DNA of 64,000 nt from Proteobacteria bacterium UBA5680 (GTDB taxonomy: Bacteria; Pseudomonadota; Gammaproteobacteria; Arenicellales; UBA5680), in NCBI GenBank assembly GCA_002420425.1, contig DIIC01000044.1, forward strand, positions 905-64,904. The letters are read 5' to 3'. The position numbers and the translations under genes are program-made. Each line of letters opens with the position of its first letter. Position 1 is the stretch's first letter. The notes beneath the pieces were generated by a model. The model worked only from the letters and a program-made list of their open reading frames with translations, made no database searches and was not told the DNA's origin. Positions 20,664 through 32,032 of this stretch are shown one piece after another.

Positions 20664-22016
20664 ATGGCCCAAGGCGACTATGACCTGATTGTTATTGGTG
20701 GCGGGAGTGGCGGTATCGCCGCTGCCCGGCAGGCCGCCGGTTACGGTGCCCGTACCCTGCTTGTTGAAGGTGATCGATTGGGGGGCACCTGTGTCAATGT
20801 TGGGTGTGTGCCGAAAAAGGTGATGTGGAATGCCGCCCATATGGCATCCACTCTGAACCAGGCAAAAGAGTATGGTTTTGAGATCAACATCAACTCTTTC
20901 GATTGGGCCACCCTGAAAGCGGCGCGGGATGATTATGTAAAGCGCCTCAATGGGATCTACCAACGCAACCTGGATAACTCCAATGTGGCCCGGATTGAGG
21001 GATGGGCCCAGTTTATTGACCCCCATACCATTGGTGTGGGCGAGAAACAGTACACGGCAACACACCTTCTGATCGCTACCGGGGGACGGCCCCTGGTCCC
21101 CAACATCCCGGGCCGAGACCTGGGCCTGACCAGTGATGGTTTCTTTGAGCTCGAGAAAAGACCGGGTCGGGTCTGCATCATTGGTGCCGGTTATATCGCC
21201 ACAGAGCTGGCAGGGGTACTCAACGACCTTGGCTCCGATGTCACCCTGGTGCTGCGGCGTGAACTGTTGCTGCGACCGTTCGACCACACCTTGCGTGAGA
21301 CGGTGATGGCGCAGATGCACAGTGATGGCGTCAACATCCTCACCTGTATCCAACTCCAAGCACTTGAGAAGGAACCCAATGGGCGTATTGCCCTGACCCG
21401 GGAAGATGGAGGGCGGATAGAGGGCTTTGATGCGGTGATCTGGGCCATCGGGAGAACACCCAACAGTGATCAATTGGCTCTCGGAAAAGCCGGAATCAAG
21501 ACCGATGACAACGGCTTCATCATCACCGACCGCTGGCAGAACTGCTCCGCAGCCGGAGTCTATGCCGTGGGTGATGTCACCGGGCGCCTCCAGCTCACCC
21601 CCGTTGCCATCGCCGCTTCACGCTATCTGATGGATCGCCTCTTTGGTGGTGATAAAGAGGCCCGGCTCGACTACGAGGCCATCCCCAGTGTGGTCTTCAG
21701 CCACCCCCCTGTGGGCACTGTCGGGCTGACCGAAGACCAGGCTCGTTCCTGCTACGGAGATGACGTCAAGATCTACCAGAACCGATTCACCAACATACTC
21801 TATGCCATCACTGAAGAGAAACGACCCACGGTCGTCAAACTGATCACCACCGGGCCCGACGAACGTGTGATCGGCTGCCATGTGGTGGGTGATGGGGCTG
21901 ATGAGATGATCCAGGGATTTGCCGTTGCCCTCAAGATGGGGGCGACCAAGGCGGACTTTGACAGAACGGTGGCGATCCACCCCACCGCTGCAGAAGAGCT
22001 GGTGACCCTGAGGTAG
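20664..22016 (+). CDS. gor: Glutathione-disulfide reductase
   Basis: FAD-binding [12 protein letters not shown], redox-active [16 protein letters not shown] and a C-terminal [13 protein letters not shown] placed the start at ATG 20664, preceded by GGAGAAGAGA, because the upstream 27 codons of the longest ORF look non-coding. Confidence 0.88.
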   Translation: MAQGDYDLIVIGGGSGGIAAARQAAGYGARTLLVEGDRLGGTCVNVGCVPKKVMWNAAHMASTLNQAKEYGFEININSFDWATLKAARDDYVKRLNGIYQRNLDNSNVARIEGWAQFIDPHTIGVGEKQYTATHLLIATGGRPLVPNIPGRDLGLTSDGFFELEKRPGRVCIIGAGYIATELAGVLNDLGSDVTLVLRRELLLRPFDHTLRETVMAQMHSDGVNILTCIQLQALEKEPNGRIALTREDGGRIEGFDAVIWAIGRTPNSDQLALGKAGIKTDDNGFIITDRWQNCSAAGVYAVGDVTGRLQLTPVAIAASRYLMDRLFGGDKEARLDYEAIPSVVFSHPPVGTVGLTEDQARSCYGDDVKIYQNRFTNILYAITEEKRPTVVKLITTGPDERVIGCHVVGDGADEMIQGFAVALKMGATKADFDRTVAIHPTAAEELVTLR

Positions 22017-22138
22017 AACGGCTGAGAGAGACAGAGACTGAATCCATGACCTTCTACCGAGAGGCTCTCCAAGGCCTGTGGCGCAGAAGAATGGAAAGAG
22101 CCCTCTCTTGATCAGAGACTCCAACCTCTGACTTGCAC

Positions 22139-22999
22139 CTAGCCTTCTCTTAATAGATCAATCACCGGCTGGGTCTTGGGGGACTGGCCATGCCAGAGGC
22201 TGAAGGACTCAGCCGCCTGCTCAACCAGCATACCCAGTCCGTCTGCAACAGAAGCGGCCCCATTGCGAACGGCCCACTCCATAAACGGGGTGGGCCGGGA
22301 GGCGTAGACCAGATCATAAGCGAGGGCGTCGGGGGCAAAGAGCACATCAGGAAGTGAGGGCATCTCATGGGAGAGGCTTGCCGAAGTCCCATTGATGACA
22401 AGATCAAAGATCTGGCCTGTGAGGGCATCAAAACCACACCCGGTAATGCGGAACCCCAAAAATTTGCGGCCAGCCATCAGCTGTTCTGCCATCCGAACAG
22501 CCCGATTCATCGTTCGGTTTGCAATCGTCATTTTGGCGGGTGAAGCATCGATCAGCGGCCCAAGGATGCCACGCACAGCCCCACCAGCCCCCAAAATAAG
22601 CACCCTCTTTCCCTTGAGGTCAAAATTGAGGTTATGACGAATATCCTGCAGGAGCCCCGCACCATCCGTATTATCCCCGAATGCAATGCCATCACTGTTA
22701 AAGAGTAGCGTATTCACCGCCTCCGCCACCCTGGCGCGATCTGAGAGCGCCTGGGAAAACTGCCAGGCATCCACCTTGAAGGGAACAGTAACATTCAACC
22801 CCCTGCCCCCTGTGGAGCAGAAGTCGAGCACCGCCTCAGAAAAATGGCCCGGCTCTGCCAACAGCTTCTTATACTCCAGAGTGATGCCAAACTGCTCGGC
22901 AAATTGGTGATGGATCCGGGGAGAGTAGCTGTGCGCCACCGGATTACCAATGACGGCGAAACACAGTGGGGTCTGAGAGGGTTCGGCGAGATCGACCAT
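22139..22999 (-). CDS. aroE: Shikimate dehydrogenase
   Basis: 286 aa with LNVTVPFK and the NADP-binding ILGAGGAVRG. Confidence 0.9.
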   Translation of the reverse strand: MVDLAEPSQTPLCFAVIGNPVAHSYSPRIHHQFAEQFGITLEYKKLLAEPGHFSEAVLDFCSTGGRGLNVTVPFKVDAWQFSQALSDRARVAEAVNTLLFNSDGIAFGDNTDGAGLLQDIRHNLNFDLKGKRVLILGAGGAVRGILGPLIDASPAKMTIANRTMNRAVRMAEQLMAGRKFLGFRITGCGFDALTGQIFDLVINGTSASLSHEMPSLPDVLFAPDALAYDLVYASRPTPFMEWAVRNGAASVADGLGMLVEQAAESFSLWHGQSPKTQPVIDLLREG

Positions 23000-23064
23000 A
23001 GGGGTCTATTTAACCCGTCATCTCCCCTTCTTAGCAAGGGCCTGGAGAAACGAATAGATTGGCG

Positions 23065-23979
23065 CTACCCGGGTCTTCGCTGTTTTGGGGGATTGGAACA
23101 GTAACGATCACCCAACTGCTGAGAGAGGACCCCTGCGACGATGAGCATCAGCCCTGGCAGAGTACTCTCATAGATCTGCTCTCCAACAACCAGACTGATA
23201 AACACCAGCGAGAGAAACGGGGTGATGAATATCACTGATCCTACCTGGGCCGTATTGGTGGCCAGACGCAGTGCATAGAGCCAGGCAACAAAGGCAAGCC
23301 CCATCTCAAACAGACCGATCCAGACTGCGCCTGCGGCCGCTTTGAAAGAGGGAATTGCAATCCCACCGACAAGGCCCATCCAGAGGGTGATGATCAGAAG
23401 ACCCGAAACAAAATTGGCAAAGAGGCGGTTGATTGGATCACGAGCATCCCGGGCTGAAAAAAGCCAGTAGAGCGCCCAGATCAGACTGCTGCCAAGCGCA
23501 AAGCCGACTCCCGCAGGATCGGTTAACTGAAAGCCCAATAGATCACCACGGGTAGAGATCACCATCACCCCGGCAAAGCCGGTCAACATCGCGATGACGC
23601 TATACCACCTCAATGGCTGCTTGAGAATGAAGATCGACAACAGCACCAGAACAATAGGCCAGACCATATTGAGAGGCTGAGCCTCTTGAGCAGGAAGAAG
23701 TTCGTAGGCACGAAAAAGAATCAGATAGTAGAGAAACGGATTGAGCGCCCCAAGTCCAAGGGACTTGCCGACATCACCAAGGTGCCATTGAGAAAACTCC
23801 TTCCAACGATGGGTTACCACAATGATCGTACCGAGTGCCACCACTGAGACCAGAGATGACCATAACAACAGCTCGCCATTATCAATCCGGCCCAGAGTGA
23901 GTTTGAAAGCAGAAGCAGCCGTTGACCAGGCAAGGATCGCTGCCGCTGCAAATAGATAGCTCTGGCTCTCTCTTCTCAC
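23065..23979 (-). CDS. DMT-superfamily (EamA-like) transporter
   Basis: 304 aa, with about 10 hydrophobic helices arranged as two repeated halves. Confidence 0.8.
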   Translation of the reverse strand: MRRESQSYLFAAAAILAWSTAASAFKLTLGRIDNGELLLWSSLVSVVALGTIIVVTHRWKEFSQWHLGDVGKSLGLGALNPFLYYLILFRAYELLPAQEAQPLNMVWPIVLVLLSIFILKQPLRWYSVIAMLTGFAGVMVISTRGDLLGFQLTDPAGVGFALGSSLIWALYWLFSARDARDPINRLFANFVSGLLIITLWMGLVGGIAIPSFKAAAGAVWIGLFEMGLAFVAWLYALRLATNTAQVGSVIFITPFLSLVFISLVVGEQIYESTLPGLMLIVAGVLSQQLGDRYCSNPPKQRRPG

Positions 23980-24017
23980 CCTGTTACCAGAAATAAGTCA
24001 AATAACCGGTTACAGCC

Positions 24018-24263
24018 TTAGCCGCAACCACACCCTCCGCCGCAGCAGGAGCTGCCGCCGGGCCCGGGATCAAACCGTTCACTGCTGGAGAGATAACCCC
24101 CGCCACTGATGAGACGTTTTACCGGGCTCTCCGGTGGAGTATTTCCCTGCTCGATCTCAGCCTGCAGGCAGAGCTGCCCCCAATTCTGAAGCGCATCGTT
24201 GATACTGTGTCGAACCTCAAGAGTGCGTCCATTGGCCGCACAGTAGTAATCATAACTGGGCAT
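24018..24263 (-). CDS. FmdB-family zinc-ribbon protein
   Basis: Starts MPSYDYYC, the family-typical MPxYxYxC. The Cys/Gly-rich C-terminus ends SSCCGGGCGCG. The first ATG is at 24263; the longest ORF begins at GTG 24269. Confidence 0.7.
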   Translation of the reverse strand: MPSYDYYCAANGRTLEVRHSINDALQNWGQLCLQAEIEQGNTPPESPVKRLISGGGYLSSSERFDPGPGGSSCCGGGCGCG

Positions 24264-24398
24264 ATTCACCGCTCCATACTTGATTAGGATCTGGTTTCAT
24301 TATGGGGCTCCCCGAAGATTCCTTCAATGGTTATCACTCTATTTTCACTCTCCAGCCGTCCCCTCCCGGGAGTGGATTGATGACAGAACAAGGGCGAT

Positions 24399-25271
24399 TT
24401 ACAGGTAGTTTAAGAGCAGACCTACAAACACCGCTGCTCCCAACCAGCTATTGTTGAGAAAAGCCTGAAGACACCGCTCTCGTGACCGCTGCCGACTTCT
24501 GCTGATCTGCCAGAGGGCAAAGCCGAAAGCAGACACCAGTCCGCCATAATAATAGACTCCGAAATCAAGATGCCGGCCCAGCCAGAACAGCAGGCCAAGC
24601 GCAACAATATGGCAGAGGAAAACCATGGCAAGATCATAGCGTCCGAAAATAATTGCCGTTGATCGCACTCCGATCTTCAGGTCATCTTCCCGATCAACCA
24701 TGGCGTAGAGGGTGTCATATCCGACCACCCAGAAAAGATTGACCGACAACAACCACCAGGCTTCCAAAGGGACTGTTCCTGTCTGTGCAGCAAAGGCCAT
24801 CGGGATTCCCCAGGCAAAGGCAATTCCAAGAAAGACCTGGGGAAAATGGGTAATACGTTTTACAAACGGGTAGCTTATTGTGAGCAGAACCGCAGGGATT
24901 GCGAGCAACACTGTCTCCCAGTTCAGCTGCAAGACCAACCCCAGTGCAAACAGGGAGAGCGCAGTAAAAAGAGTGAGCGCCTCTCGGGTGGAGACTTCAC
25001 CCGTCGCCATTGGCCTCATTTGAGTGCGTTCAATGTGTGGGTCTATCTTGCGATCGGCGAAATCATTGATGACACATCCTGCAGAACGCATCACCAATAC
25101 ACCCAGCATAAAGATAACCACAATTGCAGGGTCTGGATGGCCCCGCCCGGCAATCCAAAGCGCCCATAATGTAGGCCACAACAGGAGTATGGTACCAATC
25201 GGACGGTCGAGCCGCATCAATTTTGCATACGCTGATAATCGCTCAGACAGCACCGAACTGCTCCTTTTCAC
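24399..25271 (-). CDS. ubiA: 4-hydroxybenzoate polyprenyltransferase
   Basis: 290 aa membrane protein with LMRLDRPIGTILLLWPTLWALW and the NDFADRKIDPHIERT (NDxxDxxxD) motif. Confidence 0.92.
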   Translation of the reverse strand: MKRSSSVLSERLSAYAKLMRLDRPIGTILLLWPTLWALWIAGRGHPDPAIVVIFMLGVLVMRSAGCVINDFADRKIDPHIERTQMRPMATGEVSTREALTLFTALSLFALGLVLQLNWETVLLAIPAVLLTISYPFVKRITHFPQVFLGIAFAWGIPMAFAAQTGTVPLEAWWLLSVNLFWVVGYDTLYAMVDREDDLKIGVRSTAIIFGRYDLAMVFLCHIVALGLLFWLGRHLDFGVYYYGGLVSAFGFALWQISRSRQRSRERCLQAFLNNSWLGAAVFVGLLLNYL

Positions 25272-27312
25272 CGAGCCAACGATGAATCAATTTATTACCC
25301 CACTCAGGATGGTCCCTCATTATCACCCGACCCCTCTTTTCAACCAACGACAACAACTGTTGATCTCGAACCAAATCAGCAATACGCATGCGTAAATGAC
25401 CGGTCTGCCGGGTTCCCATCAGCTCTCCTCCGCCTCGCTGTTCGAGATCTTTCTCTGCAATCACAAAACCATCCGTCGTTGACCGCAGTGTATCCAGTCG
25501 CTGGCGCGCCTGCTCTCCAAGGGGGGAGCGATAGATCATGACACAGCTCGCTTTGGTTGTCCCTCGGCCAACGCGGCCTCTCAACTGGTGAATCTGGGAG
25601 AGGCCAAGGCGCTCAGCATTCTCAATGATCATTAGACTGGCATTGGGAACGTCTACGCCCACCTCAATAACCGTGGTTGCTACCAGAAGATTGGTTTCAC
25701 CCAATCGAAAGGCTCTCATGGCGGCCTCTTTTTCTGCACTGCTCATTCGGCCGTGAACCAGTCCTATCTTCAACTCTGGAAAAGCTTGACGAATTTCGGC
25801 CTCGGTCGCAGTCGCTGACTGTGCCAGCAGCAATTCTGACTCTTCAATCAATGGGCAGACCCAATAGGCCTGATGCCCCCCCCTACACGCATGGCGAACT
25901 CGCTCAACCACCTCTTGCCGTCTGCTCTCTGGCAATGCAACGGTAGTCACTCTCTGTCGCCCTGGAGGGAGTTCATCGATACTGGAGATATCGAGATCAG
26001 CATAGAAGGTCATTGCCAGTGTGCGTGGAATAGGTGTTGCCGTCATGGTCAGCTGATGGGGCGACAGACCGCTTGACCACCCTTTGGCAACCAGGGCCAG
26101 CCTCTGCCCAACACCAAATCGATGTTGTTCATCAACAACCACTAAACCAAGATTCAAAAAAACAACCTCTTGCTGAAAAAGGGCATGGGTCCCAACAACC
26201 AGCTTCACACTACCCTGTGAAAGACCCTGAATCACTCCCTTGCGTTCACTTGCCGGAAGCCGGCCTGTCAGCCAGGCCACTTCAATGCCCAATGGCCTGA
26301 ACCAACTCCTAAACGCCAGAAGATGTTGTTCTGCAAGAAGCTCTGTTGGAGCCATGATGGCAACCTGATAACCCGATTCGACCGCCTGTGCCGCTGCGGC
26401 TGCGGCGATAACGGTCTTGCCTGACCCGACATCTCCCTGAACAAGACGAAGTGTTGGTTTTTGGCTGTTGAGGTTCTCCATCACCTCATTGATAACCCTC
26501 TCCTGTGCAGCGGTCAGAGAGAAATCAAATTCTGTTCGAAGAGCAGCAAGCATTGTTCCCTGGGTTGAGAGTGAGGGCGCACCTCTGTTCTCACGACGTT
26601 GGCGTATTTTCTTAAAGCTCAGATGGTGTGCAAGCAGTTCCTCAATGGCGAGGCGCTGTTGTGCCGGATGATCTCCTGTAGTAAGTGCTACCAGATCAGC
26701 ATCCAGTGGCGGCGCATGGACAAAACGAACAGCCTCCGAGAGGGTCCCAAAGGGGAGGTCATCTCCATCCGGAAGGAGGTCAGAGAGCTGCCCCACATAT
26801 GAAAGAGCACCTTTCACAAGTCGCCTGAAACCAGGCTGTCCCAGGCCCTGAGTGGTTGGATAGACCGCAGTTAATGACTCACCTGCCGGGGGCTGAATGG
26901 GCTGGCTACTGATTTTGTACTCGGGATGAATCATCTCTTTGCCACTTCGACCGATGCGAACCTCGCCATAGCAGCTAATCCATCGCCCCCGTTCAAATCC
27001 CTGCTGTTGCCGTTTGTTGAAATGGAAAAGACGTATTGTTAATGATCCCGTTCCGTCACTCATCCGGCAGACCAGGCTCCGGCGGCGGCCGAAGACAACC
27101 TGGGCAAGGTCAATCTTTCCAATGATGGTCACAACATCTCCCGCCCTGACTGAGCCCAGTGAAAGGTGCCGGTTTCGATTTTCGTAACGAAGCGGGAGAT
27201 GGAAGAGTATGTCGGAGACTGTAGTGATCCCCAGTCTCTGGAGGTGTTTCTCAATCTGAGGGCCTACTCCTGAAAGTGTAGTTACCGCTACCTCACTCAC
27301 CTCAGTTGCCAT
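25243..27312 (-). CDS. recG: ATP-dependent DNA helicase RecG
   Basis: 689 aa with an N-terminal wedge/OB region, Walker A QGDVGSGKT and motif II VVDEQHRFG. Confidence 0.95.
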   Translation of the reverse strand: MATEVSEVAVTTLSGVGPQIEKHLQRLGITTVSDILFHLPLRYENRNRHLSLGSVRAGDVVTIIGKIDLAQVVFGRRRSLVCRMSDGTGSLTIRLFHFNKRQQQGFERGRWISCYGEVRIGRSGKEMIHPEYKISSQPIQPPAGESLTAVYPTTQGLGQPGFRRLVKGALSYVGQLSDLLPDGDDLPFGTLSEAVRFVHAPPLDADLVALTTGDHPAQQRLAIEELLAHHLSFKKIRQRRENRGAPSLSTQGTMLAALRTEFDFSLTAAQERVINEVMENLNSQKPTLRLVQGDVGSGKTVIAAAAAAQAVESGYQVAIMAPTELLAEQHLLAFRSWFRPLGIEVAWLTGRLPASERKGVIQGLSQGSVKLVVGTHALFQQEVVFLNLGLVVVDEQHRFGVGQRLALVAKGWSSGLSPHQLTMTATPIPRTLAMTFYADLDISSIDELPPGRQRVTTVALPESRRQEVVERVRHACRGGHQAYWVCPLIEESELLLAQSATATEAEIRQAFPELKIGLVHGRMSSAEKEAAMRAFRLGETNLLVATTVIEVGVDVPNASLMIIENAERLGLSQIHQLRGRVGRGTTKASCVMIYRSPLGEQARQRLDTLRSTTDGFVIAEKDLEQRGGGELMGTRQTGHLRMRIADLVRDQQLLSLVEKRGRVIMRDHPEWGNKLIHRWLGEKEQFGAV

Positions 27313-27347
27313 TGTTCCAGCCTATTGTTCATCCCTCTTGTCAGGTG

Positions 27348-27734
27348 CTAAGGGAGTTCAAGTATGGCATCCATCTCCACGTCAACATCTTTTGGTAGTG
27401 CCGCCACACCAATCGCTGCACGGGCTGGATAGGGCTGTTTAAAATGCCGAGCCATTACTTCGTTTACTATTTGAAAATTAGAGAGATCTGTCAGAAAGAC
27501 ATTGAGCTTGACCGTATCAGCAAGGGTGCCACCGGCCACTTCAGCGATGGCGGTCAGGCTTCTGAATACTCGCTCTATCTTGGCCTCAATATCTCCCTCT
27601 ACCTCGGTCATAGTCTCCGGGTCGGGTGGGATTTGACCTGAAATATAAACTGTTTTACCGCACTTCACTGCCTGGGAATAGGGGCCGATTGCACTGGGTG
27701 CTCCACTGGTTTCGATGATGGCTCTGTCACTCAT
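27348..27734 (-). CDS. ridA: RidA/YjgF-family reactive-intermediate deaminase
   Basis: 128 aa with [12 protein letters not shown] and a conserved C-terminal half. Confidence 0.9.
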   Translation of the reverse strand: MSDRAIIETSGAPSAIGPYSQAVKCGKTVYISGQIPPDPETMTEVEGDIEAKIERVFRSLTAIAEVAGGTLADTVKLNVFLTDLSNFQIVNEVMARHFKQPYPARAAIGVAALPKDVDVEMDAILELP

Positions 27735-27780
27735 AAATTTGCTCTTTAATTGACTTAAATAATTGGCTTGGAAGAGTAGT

Positions 27781-29970
27781 TCAGCCTTTTGCCCGAAACA
27801 ATCGTATGACCCCTTTTACCGGGCGCAGCCCCCGCATAATCTGCGCCAGATGTTTACGATCACTGACTTCAATAATGAAGGAAATTGTCTGGTCAAGGCC
27901 CTCTCTCTCAACCACTGAAACCCCAAGAATATTGGAGTTCTGTTCAGCAACCACTGTTGCCAGTCTGGCAAATACCCCGGGGCGATTCTCAACATGTACT
28001 TTTAGTGAGACCGCGTATTGGCCTGATACCTTCTCTGCCCAGTGCAGGGGCAGCCATTTTTCCGGCTGGTTCTTGAACGAGGCAATATTGTTGCAGTCCA
28101 GGATGTGAACCACAATGCCGCGACCTGTAGTTAAAAAGCCAGCGATGGTATCCCCGGGGATTGGGCGACAGCACTTTCCATAGCTCACCATCATTCCCTC
28201 AACGCCTTCAATGGCCATCGACTGCAGCTCAAATTCTTCACCTTCGCTTGTCCCTTGTGGACCGTAGACAAGCTGCCGGGCACAGATCAGGGGCAGGCGT
28301 TTGCCCAGCCCAATATCAACAAGAAGTTCATCCCACTCTTCCAGGTGCAGTGTCTGCAAAAGTTGTTGTCGGCGAGTAGGACTCACTCTACGCGGTGTGG
28401 TGCCAAGTGACTTGACGGCCCGATCAAGCAGCTTCTTACCCAGGCGTACTGAATCTTTTCGTCGCTGTGTCTTGAGATTTCCCCTGATCGCCGTGCGCGC
28501 TTTACTTGTGGTCGCATAGCTCAACCAGGATGGTGTTGGAAGGGCAGAACGTGATGTTGTTACCTCAACATGATCACCATTACGCAGGCGGGTATGAAGT
28601 GGAACCAGTTGTTGGTTGAACCTGGCACCCACACAACGATTACCCACATCACTGTGAATGGCATAGGCAAAATCGAGTGCGGTAGCGCCCCGGGGGAATT
28701 TTTTAATATCCCCCTTTGGGGTGAAGACATAAACTTCATCCGGGAAGAGGTCGACCTTGAGGTGCTCAAGAAATTCACTCGGGTTCGCCACCTGTTTCTG
28801 GGTATCGAGGAGATCGAGCAACCACTGTCTCGCCTGGGCTTGTGATTGCTTGCCGGTAATGTCATCACTCTTATAGACCCAGTGGGCAGCAATCCCCGCC
28901 TCTGCAATTCTATTCATCTCTTCGGTTCGGATCTGAACCTCGAGTGATTCTCCAAAAGCACCAAAAACAGTGGTGTGCAGTGACTGATAACCATTTGCTT
29001 TGGGGATCGCGATATAGTCTTTGACACGCCCCGGTATCGGCTTATAGAGACCATGGATCCGGCCCAGTACTCGGTAGCAGTCATCAGTATTGTTGACGAT
29101 GATCCGAAATCCATAGATATCCTGTATCTCTTCAAATGACATGCGCTTACGCTGCATCTTTCGATAGATACTAAAGATATTTTTCTCCCGGCCGAATACC
29201 CGTGCATTCACATCTCCCTCTTTCAGATGGGTCTCCATCACCGCCCGAAGCTTTTTCATCCCGCTTCGACGATGACCCTCTCGGCGTCGAAGCGCCTTTG
29301 CAAGAGCGTCGTAACGTTTTGGGTAGATGGTCTGAAAGCTAATATCTTCCAGCTCCCGGTTCCAGGAGTGCACGCCAAGACGGTTGGCAATGGCCGCGAA
29401 TATTTCCAGCGTCTGTCTGGCAATTCTCTTTTGTTTCTCTACCGGTAGAGATTCAAGGGTACGCATATTGTGCAGCCTGTCCGCCAGCTTGATCAGGATG
29501 ACACGTATATCCTGTGACATGGCGAGCAGCATTTTGCGAATATTCTCGGCCTCGGCGTGCTCCTTGGATTCAAACTCAATTTGGGTGATCTTGCTGACGC
29601 CATCTACCAGGAGTGCTATATCTTCTCCAAATTCTGTTGCGATCTGTTCTTTTGCGGTTGGCGTATCTTCAATAATGTCATGAAGAATGGCCGCGGAGAT
29701 GCTTTTGCTATCGAGTTGTTTTTCAGCGAGGAGCTGGGCGACCGCTAAGGGGTGGTAGATATAGGGTTCACCACTGATTCGTGTCTGACCCTCGTGTGCC
29801 TCTGCGGCAAATAAGTAGGCACGATAGACTTCGGAGACAGCATCGTTGTCAAGATAGACCTCAAGCTGACTAATCAGTTCACTGATTAATACCCGGCGCT
29901 CGGGCCGAAACCCGATACCGAACAGAGCCCTTGAACTAGCTCTGCTCCTCCTTAGGGGACGGATCGGCAT
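27781..29970 (-). CDS. spoT: Bifunctional (p)ppGpp synthetase/hydrolase SpoT/RelA-family
   Basis: HD hydrolase domain (HDIIEDT), synthetase domain (YQSLHTTV), and TGS and ACT regions, in the rpoZ-spoT arrangement. The start is unresolved. ATG 29970 overlaps rpoZ by 35 nt, and there is no in-frame ATG, GTG or TTG between the rpoZ stop and the conserved N-terminus. Confidence 0.88.
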   Translation of the reverse strand: MPIRPLRRSRASSRALFGIGFRPERRVLISELISQLEVYLDNDAVSEVYRAYLFAAEAHEGQTRISGEPYIYHPLAVAQLLAEKQLDSKSISAAILHDIIEDTPTAKEQIATEFGEDIALLVDGVSKITQIEFESKEHAEAENIRKMLLAMSQDIRVILIKLADRLHNMRTLESLPVEKQKRIARQTLEIFAAIANRLGVHSWNRELEDISFQTIYPKRYDALAKALRRREGHRRSGMKKLRAVMETHLKEGDVNARVFGREKNIFSIYRKMQRKRMSFEEIQDIYGFRIIVNNTDDCYRVLGRIHGLYKPIPGRVKDYIAIPKANGYQSLHTTVFGAFGESLEVQIRTEEMNRIAEAGIAAHWVYKSDDITGKQSQAQARQWLLDLLDTQKQVANPSEFLEHLKVDLFPDEVYVFTPKGDIKKFPRGATALDFAYAIHSDVGNRCVGARFNQQLVPLHTRLRNGDHVEVTTSRSALPTPSWLSYATTSKARTAIRGNLKTQRRKDSVRLGKKLLDRAVKSLGTTPRRVSPTRRQQLLQTLHLEEWDELLVDIGLGKRLPLICARQLVYGPQGTSEGEEFELQSMAIEGVEGMMVSYGKCCRPIPGDTIAGFLTTGRGIVVHILDCNNIASFKNQPEKWLPLHWAEKVSGQYAVSLKVHVENRPGVFARLATVVAEQNSNILGVSVVEREGLDQTISFIIEVSDRKHLAQIMRGLRPVKGVIRLFRAKG

Positions 29971-30370
29971 CGCCTTCCTTGCCCTCCGCTTCGGTTGAAT
30001 TTTCGAGATCTGCCTGGAGTGCCGCAATCAACTGTGCATCAAGGTCAATGACCTCTTCTATTGCTTCACTCGCATCGGTCGTGACCCCGTCCTCTGCAGT
30101 CAACTCTCCCTCAGCCGGAATAGCAAAGGCTGCCTCTGCGGCTTCTGCGGCTTCCTGCTCAGGTGTTGCATCCGGTTCATCAAGGATGGTACTGGTGACC
30201 AATCCTTCAGCAATCTCTCTCAACGCCAGCACTGTGGGCTTGTCGTTCTCTTCCGGAACAAGAGCTTCCACCCCATTAGCCAGTTGGCGAGCTCGCCTGG
30301 TGGCAATCAGCACAAGCTGGAAGCGGTTGTCTACGTTTTCAAGACAGTCATCTACGGTTATCCGTGCCAT
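29936..30370 (-). CDS. rpoZ: DNA-directed RNA polymerase subunit omega, with an extended acidic tail
   Basis: N-terminus [30 protein letters not shown]. It is 144 aa, longer than the ~91-aa E. coli protein as I recall it. Confidence 0.92.
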   Translation of the reverse strand: MARITVDDCLENVDNRFQLVLIATRRARQLANGVEALVPEENDKPTVLALREIAEGLVTSTILDEPDATPEQEAAEAAEAAFAIPAEGELTAEDGVTTDASEAIEEVIDLDAQLIAALQADLENSTEAEGKEGDADPSPKEEQS

Positions 30371-30524
30371 TCAAAAAACCTCAATCGAATTCAGTAAATC
30401 TGGAAAAAAGAAGGAACATCAGTTCTTGTCGACCCTGATAAAAGTGAATAATTCCTTGATTAGGCGAAAGATACCAGAAAATTGATGCCACTGGCAGTGA
30501 TATTCGTCAGGAAAATTATCGGGT

Positions 30525-31130
30525 TCAGCCCGCAAACAACTGGTCAAGCCGGCTTTGCGGGGGATTACCGGCAACATACTCTCCGGAGATTAGGGCATCA
30601 AGCCTGTCCAGGGTCTGATCAAAATCATCATTGATCACCACATGGTCAAACTCATTATAGTGGCTCATTTCATCAATGGCTGCAGCCATTCGTCTGGAGA
30701 TAATCTCTTCATTATCACTCCCCCGGCCACGCAGGCGCGCCTCCAGGGCTGTCAGCGAAGGTGGAAGAATAAAGACCAGGATGCTCTCCGGCATTTGCAA
30801 ATGAACCTGTTGAGCGCCCTGCCAGTCAATATCGAGGACAACGTGCCGCCCTGCCTCCAATGACCTCTTAACTGCCTCATAAGAGGTGCCATAGAAATGA
30901 CCAAACACCTCGGCATACTCAAGAAACAGTGAGTGAGCGGCCATCTCTTCAAAGTCAGTGCGATCAACGAAAAAATAGTCTTCTCCATCCACCTCTCCCG
31001 GTCGGGGTGAACGGGTCGTATGGGAGACAGAGAACTGAATATCACCCCGACGGGCGATAAGTGCCCGAGCCAGAGAGGTCTTTCCTGCTCCCGATGGGGC
31101 AGAAAAAACGAAGCATTTTCCTTTTTGCAA
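30525..31130 (-). CDS. gmk: Guanylate kinase
   Basis: 201 aa with P-loop SAPSGAGKTSL. Confidence 0.95.
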   Translation of the reverse strand: MQKGKCFVFSAPSGAGKTSLARALIARRGDIQFSVSHTTRSPRPGEVDGEDYFFVDRTDFEEMAAHSLFLEYAEVFGHFYGTSYEAVKRSLEAGRHVVLDIDWQGAQQVHLQMPESILVFILPPSLTALEARLRGRGSDNEEIISRRMAAAIDEMSHYNEFDHVVINDDFDQTLDRLDALISGEYVAGNPPQSRLDQLFAG

Positions 31131-31165
31131 TCGATCTCTCCCAATACTGAGAATTCTAAGGCAAC

Positions 31166-32032
31166 TTACTCTATGTTCTGCACCTGTTCTCGCATCTGTT
31201 CAATCAGCACCTTGAGTTCAACTGATGCATTGGTCAGACGGGTATCGGCGGCCTTAGAGCCCAAAGTGTTGGCCTCCCGGTTCAACTCCTGCATCAGGAA
31301 ATCAAGCCGTCTCCCCACCGCATCATCCCGTTCGAGCACAGCGGTCACCTCATCAACATGAGTTTCAAGCCGATCAAGTTCTTCAGTGACATCGCTTTTT
31401 TGCAAAAAGAGGACCACCTCCTGCTCCAGACGTTCAGGATCGATCTGTTCACGCATCTCACCGAGTCGGTCATCAATTCGGGTCCGGTAGGCCGCTTCCA
31501 GCTCCGGCAATATTGAATGCACCTCTTTTACAATCGGCACGATATCCTCCAGTCGCTGGCGCACCAGGCTCTCAAGCCGCCCACCCTCACTCTCACGGGA
31601 GGCCATAAGATCATCAAGAGCTGTTGAAAGAAGTTCTTCAGCCTCTTTGACCATGGCATCACTGTCCGTCTCTGCCGCCTTGAGTACGCCCGGCCAACGT
31701 AGAATATCGGCAGTACGAAGCCTCTCGGCCTCTGGCATCATGCCTCTGATCTGTCCTTCAATCTCAGCTACCCTGTTGACGACCTCACGGTCTAACTCAA
31801 GGTCGGCAGAGAGTGCTTCGCTCTGGTTAAAACGGAGTAAGCCATCGACTCTCCCCCGCTTGAGCCGGTCACTAATCAAGCTCCTAAACTTAGCCTCAAA
31901 AGCCCGCAACTCTTCCGGAAGTTTAAGGCTAACCTCCAGATAACGGTGGTTGACGCTTCTTAGCTCCCAGTAGAAATTACCCCACCTTGTATCACGATCT
32001 CGTCGTGCAAAGGCTGTCATGCTTCTTATCAC
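31166..32032 (-). CDS. yicC: YicC-family stress-induced protein
   Basis: 288 aa with N-terminus MIRSMTAFARR and the conserved C-terminal LNREANTLGSKA block. It is divergent from rph, as in E. coli. Confidence 0.9.
   Translation of the reverse strand: MIRSMTAFARRDRDTRWGNFYWELRSVNHRYLEVSLKLPEELRAFEAKFRSLISDRLKRGRVDGLLRFNQSEALSADLELDREVVNRVAEIEGQIRGMMPEAERLRTADILRWPGVLKAAETDSDAMVKEAEELLSTALDDLMASRESEGGRLESLVRQRLEDIVPIVKEVHSILPELEAAYRTRIDDRLGEMREQIDPERLEQEVVLFLQKSDVTEELDRLETHVDEVTAVLERDDAVGRRLDFLMQELNREANTLGSKAADTRLTNASVELKVLIEQMREQVQNIE

Noticed and set aside
22059-22107. An imperfect inverted repeat (GAGAGGCTCT ... AGAGCCCTCTC, with a ~28-nt loop) in the convergent gor/aroE gap, considered as a bidirectional terminator.
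   Set aside because: It has a large loop, a bulge and no flanking U- or A-tracts, so it is not convincing as an intrinsic terminator. I saw no other copies that would make it a repeat-element family.
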